A DNA stretch of 64,000 nucleotides, taken from NCBI GenBank assembly GCA_965153455.1, contig OZ234493.1, forward strand, positions 12,700,213 through 12,764,212, in the 5' to 3' direction. Made by a program: the position numbers and the translations under genes. Below are positions 1 to 10,472 of the stretch, in pieces. The DNA comes from Sphagnum compactum. Its lineage: Eukaryota. Below the pieces are notes generated by a model that made no database searches, had not been told where the DNA came from, and saw only the letters and a list, made by a program, of their open reading frames with translations. Within the stretch, counting starts at the first letter, position 1. Every line of letters begins with the position of its first letter.

Positions 1-134
1 TTTAACTAGGGGGGTCTTTTTTTGGTTTGAGTTGATTGAATGGTTTATTTGACATATGGTTAATCAATCATCATAGTCAAATTGAATGGTTTAAAGATAC
101 CCATGTCTTTCAAGGCCTTGACCTTTAATCAAAA

Positions 135-430
135 CTAGTGGTACCCGTGACCTTCGGACACCCATGGCTACACCACTCCAGCCACCCCGAACGCTCTGTT
201 TGGTTGCCATAATAAATTTTCCCAAAATAACAATCGTGGGTCCCACCCTAAGGCATTTATATCCCCACAGATAAAAACAATATTGTGACTTAACGCAGTG
301 GTCCCAACCGACGTTGTGCGGGTATCAGAACCAGCCGTGTGTACCCTCAGGTTATCAGTCCGGGTATTTATTCCCTTACCCGACGGGGGTGAGAAAACCC
401 AAAACCCCGGTTCTGACATCCCACCTTGCT
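135..430 (-). mobile_element. Helitron-like 3' terminal fragment (non-autonomous)
   Basis: On the minus strand a short hairpin (plus-strand GTGACC-TTC-GGACAC, 147-161) lies ~8 nt before CTAG|T (135-138), the typical Helitron 3' layout. The segment is more GC-rich than its flanks. The 5' end was not located. Confidence 0.35.
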
Positions 431-529
431 TACATTAGCTTGGGTTTGGGTTTGGGTTTTGTCGTTGGATGTCTTCAAGTCCTTTCATTTAGGCTTTCAT
501 CATCTTTGATTGTATAATTGCATCACTAT

Positions 530-3212
530 CATTTTATGGCATGATGTATAAGTGACATTTTGTTTTCCATTGGATAACTTGGCACATGACCCTTATGTAT
601 GTGGCAACTTGGCACTTGCTCCTCTTGTTACCCCAATGGTGTTTTGTTTTGCCCCTTCATAATGGGGCAACATGGCATAGGGAAATGCATGTTTGGCTCA
701 AACACTTTTTAACAAATGATTAAAAAACTTGCAGGAAGGGTTTTTTTTGTAGGCCCAAGCTTTGACAACAAGTCCAAGTTCAATGCCTCTTCCCAAACAT
801 GATCCTCTAGCTTATAAACGCCTTCTTCGTAGTCTAGTTCTTAGATGTGCAAAAGAATATTTTTAAACAACTCACATTTTGGCATCATTTTCCCTTACAC
901 CCACATCTTTTGACACCACTTTAATTTTCACAACATTACCCTCTGAATTAGATGGCTATTTTTCGTTTTTCCTAAAAAACTATGAGCTAAACCAAGACCT
1001 CGAGCTTTCATTTGATTCCTTCAACTTGACATTTCAATGCATGCTACATTTATCGACAAGTGGTCATTTTGGGATTTTTTTGAACACCTTCATGATTTTT
1101 TTAATCTAGAAAATTCAACGTGTAAATTCCTTTAGTTGTTTCAATTTTGTTCTCATATCGCATAGGATCACATTCCACCTCAAATTGCACATGTCTTTGG
1201 AGCAACCCACCTCTTAACCATGACCAAGCCTTTAGGTGGATTTCATTCCATTGCAATGGGGGGAAACATTGTATCAACTCACATGTTACGCTTTATGTTT
1301 TCAATTTCACGACACCTTTGCAACACATTTATCTTTGCATTAATTTGAAGTTGCAACTAAGGGCGGTTGTGAGTAGTAATCCATGACATCAGGTGCACTT
1401 TGAACCTTCACCTCGACTAGGTTGTTTTCTAACTAGACGTGGCAAACGTTTTTAATTCGGTGTTAAGAACTCGGTCATATTTCAAGGACTTCATGCAGTA
1501 GGTGGAAACATCATACAATTCATCCCCTTTGTACATGCATTCTATGCATTTGAGTCTCTTTTGTCTTAAAATCATTGTAATCATGAAGGCGATGGCATAG
1601 TCATCCCATTTGCCATGGGAACCCATCAAAATGATCCCTTGGGAAGGGCACTATTTGCTTTAACCCACTTTAATGTTTTACATTCTATGAGTAATTGTTT
1701 CCTTTTTTGTCTATTTCCATCCATTACATATGACACTCACATCATAGGTCCCCTTTCAATTGTATCATCTACATATGAACATTTCCAGATCGAACTTTGT
1801 GTGATAGGTCTTTCTATTCAACCTCGAAAATGTGTAGCATGGTCACCTTTTAACTTGCTGCCTGACTTCAACACCTCATCCCAATTTACCATCCCACTAG
1901 AAGGAATTTAAGTCTTGGGGGTTCCATTGGGCACCTCATTATTCACATCATCTTTCATAAAAAATGCCATGTCCAAAAATGTTCCACATATGGACCTTTT
2001 CCCTACAATGGGTGATGTTAAAATAACCTTTGGAATTTCTAACTCATCGCTTCGTGCAATGACTATTGAATCTTTTACGATGCACACCTCCTTCCTCCAT
2101 TTTCATGGAGACCCTTATTTCTTTTGATTCATCCTTCTTTTAAATGTTTAAACATTTTTTGGGTCCATAATCTTTTGATAGCCCAAAAGGACTTTTAACT
2201 TGTAAACAAGTTTTTCTCCCAATAACTTTTGGTGGCATCAAGTTCATACCAACACCCACCATCACCCCTTGCCCAAGTAGCCTATTTAGGGAGTTGGGCC
2301 TTTGTAGTTTTAATCATAGTTACTAGGTTTATAGTTGATCAATGTCCCTTCCTTTTTGAAGCCTTAGCACAAGTTGACAACAACACCTCCTTTTTTAACA
2401 ACACTTCAAGGTGATATGTGATCTTTTACTACCTTTCGTTCATGCGTCTCTTCCTCCATTTACCCAATTCATTGGGCAACAAATGGTTCGATTTCAAGAT
2501 TACATTTCATAATGTTTGCACCATCATACCCTTTTTGAACATGCTCTCCAATAGAATATATGACTCAGGCCCATTGTGTTCAAATTTATCATGTTCTAAC
2601 CCAAGGGCGGGTGTTTGGCTTACAGTTCAACCAATTTTCCTTGCCTTTCGATTATCTTCCCCAAATTTTTCCATAGATTTCAAACACGATTTGGACTACC
2701 CCATCCTTTAAGTATAGGTATCCTTTGATGCGTATGCACACATCCCATCAACCCTATGGGTATTCACTTTTCACATTCAAGCACTCATGACAATGAACGC
2801 ACAAAAACTCATGATGTAATTCGCGACACCTTTGTTGTCATTGTGTGAGATTTGGGTTTCCATGTGGGACGATAATAACTACATGCGCTTCCTTCAACCA
2901 AGTTCAACTCTTTTTGTCGATGAGCCGACATTGTGCTAACCAAGGATGACATTTGCACACTAGTTGATGTTGTCATTGTTGACCCAACACGAGCAAATTC
3001 ACTTCTTTGATCTTGTGCGATTCAAGGATTTGTTACTTCGGATGCAACTCATGTAAAAGAAATGAGATATCGCGATTGACACTCAACTAATCAATTGCAC
3101 CTTTCAACAATTGAGATATTGTGTAAATTCTCCCTTTTCCTTTTTCTTATTCCTTTGTACATTTTCCAAGTCTACCATGTGTTTATAAATAAAGTTTTGC
3201 AGGGTTGCATCA
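530..3212 (+). mobile_element. Degenerate non-LTR retrotransposon, CRE-like (RT + CCHC + restriction-like endonuclease), copy 1
   Basis: Broken frames give RT motifs: IAMGETLYQL (~1250), LDVANVFNSV (~1435), GTHQNDPLG..LF (QGDPLG-like, ~1620), YDTHIIG (DD-like motif, ~1730) and LGVPLG (~1915). A CVCTHP..H zinc knuckle follows (~2728), then R.DIV...TLVDVV and K...Y endonuclease motifs (~2920-3070). The 3' end (AATAAA..GGGTTGCATCA) is shared with the copy at 33815-35630. Many stops and frameshifts; the 5' boundary is approximate. Confidence 0.8.
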
Positions 3213-3340
3213 AAATAGGGCAGACCCCTGGCGTGTCATTCATTCTGTTCGAGCTTTTGTTTTGTCTCAAGCATCCTGTTTGTGTCCGCTTCGATGCCGG
3301 ATCGCTGGCTGTTGGAACAACAAGCGACTACAATTCTTCC

Positions 3341-5638
3341 ATGCGAGGCTGGGGAGTTGTTGTGGAGAGGTTCTTGCACGTCCGGAGTGTTGGTAGATCT
3401 TACTTACTTCAGGGATCTTTGAGGAGATTCACGCACCTTAAGGAAGGCGGAGAAGCTCTTGAAGAAAATAGTGGAAGAGGAAGAGGAAGAGAAAGAGGAG
3501 CAAGAGTAGAAGGACAGGAGAATAAGAGACAGATGAGCACCTACTATGTCTCGCATGGATCGCCCATGCTGGCTTTGGAGGACACGTCTGCCAGGGATTT
3601 TCTGAAACAATTTGCTGCCCTGCATGTTCCTGAGAGGTGAACAATGTCGTGCCGGATCGTTGTCTTTGTTTTTCTTTTTGTTTTTTTGGGAGGATTTCTT
3701 TCTTAATCTTCTCTTGTCTCTTGAATGCGATGGACTGATTGTTCGTCAAGACACGGCATTCGTTAAGAACTCTGGAAATACTACTACTGTGCAGGCCTAA
3801 GGCGATTCTTGCGATCTCGGCGCATTGGGACACAAATGTGCCTGCGGTGAATGCTGTGAGCAAGAATAGCACAATCCATGATTTCTATGGCTTTCCATCT
3901 GAGCTTTATCAGGTCTGTTGTACCATGTGACATTGACATGCTGCTGCTTTCTTGTGTAAAGCATATGATGAAGAAAGAATGCTGCTACGTGCTGCTGGTT
4001 GGTGTGTTTTTGTTCCCAGAACTTTGAGGAGATTCCAGTTGATGATGATGAGGATAATCAAAGAATCAAAATTGCAGTTGCTCAACTTCTCTTTTCAGCC
4101 CAAAGCAAATTTTGATTGAAATTGTTAACCCCACAACTTGTGAGCTCCATGCAGTTTTGGTTCAAATCTATGATCTGAGAACAAAGTGGAAACCCTAAAT
4201 TTGTACTCTAGGGTTTCTAAAAGAAGTCTCAAAGTTATTTGCAGAAATATGACATCTGACTGTTGTTTGCCTCTGTGGAAGGAATTTATCTTCGTGTGGT
4301 TGCATTTTTTCCCATTTTTCAACATGTGTGACTAATTTTGGATTAGAGTAGCAGTTCAGTACTAATTGGACTTGCGAGAGAGCTCTCTCACGAGTGAAAT
4401 CTGTCTTCTTGAAACATCAAATGCCCTGAAAAATGCCAATTCCTGATGAGAAAGGAAACTTAGGAAACTTTGGTTAACTTGAAATGACTGATTGTTTAGT
4501 TTGCTTCTGATTAAGTAATTGTGAACTGTTAGGTATTTTGACTTTGTTCATGTAGCCTATAGAATGCAAAGAAGTATTTGGCTAGATGGGATACATAGAG
4601 TCTGGCCTTGCTTGAGAAATACATGCAGTATTCTGGAGTTTGCACAATGGACTGTATGTACTGCTGTGCATTTCAGGATTCACTAGACAACTGCTTTCAA
4701 AATTGAACAGTATGTCTGGAACTATTTGATGGTGAAAATCCTCCTCTTCAGAGAGTTCCAGAATGAGTTGGCACATTGTTTGCAGGTTTGAAGTCTGCAG
4801 CTCCTTTGTACAGTTAGTATCTTGTGTGTAGTCTCCTGGTAGAATACAGTCCACGCTGCATATGTGGATAGTGATTGACATTTTCCCTTGGAAATGCTAT
4901 TCAGTTGCAATACCCAGCACCAGGGATGCCAGAACTGGCTAGAAGAGTGAAGGAGCTCCTTGTTAATGCAGGATTTCAAACAGTTGTTGAAGACAAGAAG
5001 AGAGGGTTGGACCATGGTGCATGGGTGCCTTTGCTGCTCGCATATCCAGATGCAGACATCCCTGTTGTCCAGCTCTCAATTCAAAGCTGTAAGGATGGAG
5101 CCTACCATTATAAGTTGGGTCAGGCACTTGCTCCTCTCAAGGATGAAGGCTTCCTTGTATTGGGCTCTGGAAGTGCAACCCACAACCTGAGGCAATTTGA
5201 TTTCAGTGCAACTGGTATTGTGCCATGGGCAAAAGAATTTGATGACTGGCTTTATGAATCATTAAACAATAACAGGTTTGTATACTATCTCCTTAATTAT
5301 TTTATGGCTTTCTGAACACTGTGTCTGTGATGGGAAAGACACAAGAGGTTGGGAGAATCAGATACCTGCATTGAGGTGTGAAAACTTTGAGCTGCTTTCT
5401 TCAAGTCATTTCAAAACTGAGTTGTAGTATTTGTTGCAGACATGAGGAGGTGATAAACTGGTTAACAAAGGCACCTCATGCTCGCAAAGCTCATCCTTCT
5501 CCTGATCATTTTATGCCTCTGCTTGTGGCCCTTGGAGCTGCCGGTGAGAAGCCAATTACTGAGCGAATTCACAGCAGCTTTCAGATGGGCACATTCTCTA
5601 TGGCTTCCTTTGCCTTCCACGGAACAGGGCCTAAATAG
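3341..5638 (+). CDS. Extradiol ring-cleavage dioxygenase, LigB / 4,5-DOPA dioxygenase-like
   Basis: Exons 3341-3636, 3795-3912, 4905-5275 and 5440-5638 with GT-AG introns join in frame: 327 aa, or 263 aa from ATG 3533. Motifs: [65 protein letters not shown] is the non-betalain type of this family. Confidence 0.93.
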
Positions 5639-6635
5639 GAGCCAATCTCTGACGCATTGAGATGGATACACTCTTTGGTGCTTAGCAATGGATGCAGATA
5701 TATTTCACTTTCTCCAGCATTTTTGTTTACTAGAACTGTAAACAATAATACTCTTCCCTTTACACTTCTCTTTTGTGGAAGCTGAGATATCTGAAAGTTG
5801 AAAAGACTGAAATAGCGGGGAATATGTTAAAAGACACTAAAGAATGGAAGCGATACTGAAATCCTGGAATGTTCATATTCAAAGTAAATATATGTATGTC
5901 ATCCTATTTCTGGAGTTCATCCTCTATGACGGGAGTTTCTCTTTTGTTTATGTCAGGAATACTCTGTGGGACTTGGATATTTCAGTTCTATGTATATCCT
6001 ATTTGTTAGACTTTTCAAATGTCCAACTTGATCAAAGATTGAAGTGAAGATCTGACTCAGGTAAGCAAACCATATGCCATATGACTGCATCATAGAATGT
6101 TTGCCATCTACAAACAGATATAAAAAAGTTTGTCCATGTCAAAAGTCATAAAACTGGCAGTTAGGAGGATGATTTAGATGCACAATCTGAGGAGGAGGAA
6201 ATTGACAGTGGTTGAAATGTGTGTTGAAAAGTGATTGAATTGTTTCGAGAAGTGATTGGAATTTGACAAAATTTACAAGCATCTTCTTCTGCTATAAACC
6301 TGGATGTACCTTGCACAAATGATGATTGTTGGTTGGTGTGTCTCTTTCAAATTTCCTCACAAGTTTGTTCTAGCCCTGGTTTGCATGTGTGAAGGGTCAG
6401 AACGAAAGGTCTTTGAATGGGACAAGAAAATAGATCCAGAAGGAACAAAACGTATGGAGACTTAAAACCTGAGCTGAGCAGCACAGTCTCTTCTCTCATG
6501 AGCTTCAGAGAAGGTTGTGTTTGCTGCTGCTGCTGCTACCACATTCCACACTGAATTCTCCAACCACCATCAACACGGGTGTGTGTTTCAGTTTGAACTT
6601 TCAATCCAAAAACTGGGTGGGTTACATGCAAGGGA

Positions 6636-9485
6636 CTAGGCCCACACACCATCGAATAGAGGCCTGATTCTCTTGGAATCCTTTGACAATCCCAGAATTT
6701 CAATGAGGTCACCATCATTCTTGTTCACTGAGTCTGAGGTTTCGATTTCCAACCCTAGCTCAGGTTCAATGTCCGCTGATGATGCTGGTATGAGAATGAA
6801 TTCAGCCCCTTCATAGTTGAGAAAGTCTGGTGGATCAGCAGGCACAAAACGCCTAGACCCAAACTTGGCTTGCAGATGGGCTGGGAACAGAGCCCTTCTC
6901 TTGCTGCCAATACCTGTAGATGGTGGTGCTGGTTGTTCTGGATTCTTGATCTGTGGACCAGAACAGAAAAACCCTTGTGAAACCTTGTGCAAATGGCAGG
7001 AAAACTCAAAAGCCTGTTCCATTAAAACTCTTCAGTTTCCAGGTTCCCAAGGAGCAAACAAAAAAACCAAACTGATTCCCAAATATCTTACTGGATTATT
7101 GAGCATGCAAATCCAATGCATTTTTTACTGCATCATTCACCTGGATAATGTAAGATGCCTGATCTTCAATGTTGAGGGCATCCTGTGGCTCATGCTTCTT
7201 GTGGGGACCAGGATATTCAAGCTTGTAGACCAAGCGAGTATCTGTTCTTGTACCAGAGTGATGACGGACGAGAGTGTAGACACCCTCACCAACAGGTCTG
7301 GCAGCTGGATTGACCCTATGACCACGAGTCTTTGTTTCATATTCCTCTACAAACCAAGAAAGTGTAGCATTGTGAGGCCAATATAATCAAAAATCAAAAG
7401 GATGATGATGCAAACCATAGTTTGACCAAAAAAAAAGGGTGCATCATCATGCCATGATCAATCTCAACCCATTCTATCAACACACCTGCAGCAAGCATTT
7501 TCTTAAGGTCATCAGGGTTGGTGGTGACAAGCTCAACAAAACCCCAATATGGCCGAGTGCGCTTGGTAGTCTCTGGAAGGCTTTTCCGTCCCATCACAAT
7601 GTATCTGAACAAGGGCTTCTTCCCAATTTCAATTTTCTGGTCCACAAAAAAAAGGCAAGTTCCCAAATTTGAGTCTCTCTGTCATTGAAAGCAAGTGAGG
7701 TTGCAATCATAATTCCATTGCAAAAACACAATGTAAATTTACCTCTGCACCATCACCTCCATGTTTCCCTTCCTCAATAGCTCCATTGTTTCTGGATTTC
7801 TGGCTCACCTCATTTTGTGCACCGTCAGAAACTTCAGCTTTTACTTCTTCCTCAGCCTTTTGCCTGAGCTCATCAGCAGCAGGCTCTGGTTTCACAGCAG
7901 TACTACTCTTCTTCTTCATCTTCTTCTTCTTCTCCACACCCTCTTCACTGTCTGACTTGATCTCTTCTTTTTCTTTGAGCTCATCATGCCTAAACTTACC
8001 CTCTTTGCCTGTGTGTGTAAGTACCACCCACCCCATGCAAACAAATCCTGTATCATTAGTGTCATTCTTAAAAGGGTCAGAAGGTGCTTGCCACTTTCAA
8101 ATCTGGCTACACAAAAGTGTATTTTCTAACATGACTTCTTGTCTATGTGTGAAGAACAACATGGACAAGCAGCAAAACTCTGCAGGAGCAGCAACTGTTC
8201 ATTTACATGACACCCATCATTTTTCCTCTGTTCCATTTTCCTTGCAATTTCAAGCAAAATGGTGATGCCTCCACCACCACATGTACATCTTCTTGTTGAA
8301 CTCTCTGTACACGTGCGTGTCCTTGAAGTACATACAATTCCCTTCCAATTCCCCATTAAAGGATCATGCCTCCAGCGCCTGTATAGACCTTGCACATAGT
8401 CCTTGAACACTATGCATATGTATTCCCTGAAGTAGAATTCCTTTTCAATTTCAAGTAAATGATGATACTTTCAGCGCGCATACAATGTGTGCACTAGTTG
8501 CTGAAGAATTTTCTCACATATTTCCTGTGAATTTCAAGTAAATGATGATACTTTCAGCGCGCATACAATGTGTGCACTAGTTGCTGAAGAATTTTCTCAC
8601 ATATTTCCTGTGAAGGAAGTGTAAGGACAGGACTTGTGTAAGGGCCTTGTGTGCAGCAGGGCTTTGATCCCTTGTGGTGTCCTTCATTGCTAGACCTTGT
8701 GTGCAGAAGGGCTTTGATCTGAGTTTCATATGTGTTTCTTCCAATTCTACAAACTTGAAAACAGTATTACAACAGACAAAATAAAACTGGATTTTGACAA
8801 GCAGTTTAGAAGGAGACTTGATAGGAGGAACCCAAAAAAAAAAACTGTGTTGGAAGAAACTATGCCTGAATCAGAGCTTTGCTTCTCCTCCACTGCTCCT
8901 CTCTCACCAGCAGCAACCTCAGGCCGCAAGACAAGGTACATGTGTTGAACATCATCTCTGCTGTGTGGCTCCTCAACTGAGACTTTCGGCCTGTAGAAGA
9001 AGTAGATTTCTCCTCGTTCCTGCAGCAATGCAATTTCTCTCAACATCATCATCATCATCATCATCATCATCCTCCGCCTCCTCCATGGTTGCTGCAGGCA
9101 GCCAGCAAGCTCTTTTTCTGCGGGCCTCCCTTTGCATCTTCTTCTTCTTCCTCAGTTCCTCATGACTTTCCTTACTATTATCGTTCACGTATCATGCAAA
9201 ATCTCTCTTAAGATGATCATCAGAGCTTCTTCTTTTTTCCTTTTCTTCTTCCTTGCACATTTCTTCACAAATTGTCTGTCTTCCACGATCTCACGCAATG
9301 AGAGCATAATTTCTCAGCTACAACCTTGAGCATTTCTCAGCTAGACTCCTATATTTGCATTGCATCGCAACAACGACGACGACGACGACATCAACGTGGA
9401 AGTTACGTGAGTGGCAACAACGCACCAGAATCTCGTAAGGTGGTTGTGGCGCGTCTGGTGGTGCATCATCATCCCCGGTTGCCAT
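6636..9485 (-). CDS. Uncharacterised conserved protein (At1g16770-like; ERGEIYFFYRPKV family)
   Basis: Exons 9485-9426, 9019-8866, 8008-7743, 7636-7486, 7346-7141 and 6950-6636 total 1152 nt (383 aa). Motifs: ERGEIYFFYRPKV..PHS.DDVQ.MY.VLRPE, RYIVMGRKSLP, PYWGFVE, EYETKTRG, ARPVGEG, PPDFLNYEGAEFILI. Intron 2 is GC-AG. Family assignment is from recall, not a search. Confidence 0.82.
8447..8612. repeat. Exact 83-bp tandem duplication in an intron
   Basis: AATTTCAAGTAAATGATGATAC...CATATTTCCTGTG occurs at 8447-8529 and again at 8530-8612. Confidence 0.95.
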
Positions 9486-9670
9486 TTCTCTTTCGGCTTC
9501 GGACTCGCAAACTACACCTACAAATCCAAATCTCTCTCTCTCTCTCTTTCCGTGTCCGTGTCTCTCTGTGTCTCCAATTCTTCAATTGCATGTTTCTATT
9601 GCCTTGTGCTTTTTTTCCCGTTCACAAGATCTTCGGATCTTCAACCGTTGCATGGCGTGGATTTTGTGTC

Positions 9671-9741
9671 GCCACGTTGCTGTGGACATTAGTATGCGTG
9701 CAAAGACGGTGTCGCGTCTGCAGCTCGTTGAGCACACGTGG
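9671..9741. promoter_or_regulatory. ABRE/G-box motifs in a short divergent intergenic region
   Basis: GCCACGT (9671-9677, which reads ACGTGGC on the minus strand) and CACGTGG (9735-9741) lie ~190-250 bp upstream of ATG 9485. Confidence 0.35.
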
Positions 9742-10472
9742 TAAGCAATCCATGCGCACTGAAGTCTTCTCTCCTCTCTTCTCCTTTCTGGCAAACTAGA
9801 GATGGTGACCTGGACATCAAGATCTGGTGCAATTACGCCTGAGAATCCAGGACGTGTTCAGGATGATGAAGATCGGCAAAGTAGCGAATGCGAATGGCAA
9901 GAAGAAGCCGCCGCATACATCATCGTCAGAGGAAGGATCGCTGCAGCCTGTGCCTGATCAAGACAGGAAGCGACAGTGCAGGTTTTGAAGCAAAGTCGAT
10001 CTGTCTTGAAGGTTTTGGAAACGGACACGTCTTTTGGAAGCGAAGAGGTGGTGGTCTCTCCAGGCAGCAAGAGGAGAGACACAGAGAGACACACAGAGAG
10101 TTCGGTACATGTCTGTTTCTTGTGTCCCAAGTCATGACTGAGAATCCTGAATTTTGTGATGATCTCAGGATCCTTTGGTGCTCCTGGTAGAGAAAAGACT
10201 TTCTTCTCGAGGTTTGCAGTTTGTGATTCTTACATGTTCTCATCATGCAGATTGAGTTTGTTCACATATATGACATTTGCTTGAGCAGCTGCTGAATCTC
10301 AAACCCTTCTGCTGTTTCCTCTAAACCCTAAACCCTTTTGTGTAATGATCAAAACCTATGCATGGAAGATCTCATTGGTTGAGAGAGTGTGGACACAGGT
10401 TGACATGATGTATATAGCACAACTAGTGAATTACTCGCAAGAGGAAAAGAAACGAGAAATTGGGAACACGAG

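Noticed and set aside
3341..5638. Betalain biosynthesis gene
   Set aside because: It carries the HNLR motif of non-betalain LigB homologues, and no other pathway genes are nearby.
8459..8505. ATGATGA...CTGA resembling a C/D-box snoRNA in each 83-bp unit
   Set aside because: It lies antisense to the host intron, the boxes are only ~46 nt apart end to end, and I could not identify an rRNA guide.
8747..9070. ORF starting with a poly-Met run
   Set aside because: The ATG run is an intronic (GAT)n microsatellite. The real exon starts at acceptor 9019 and joins exon 9485-9426.
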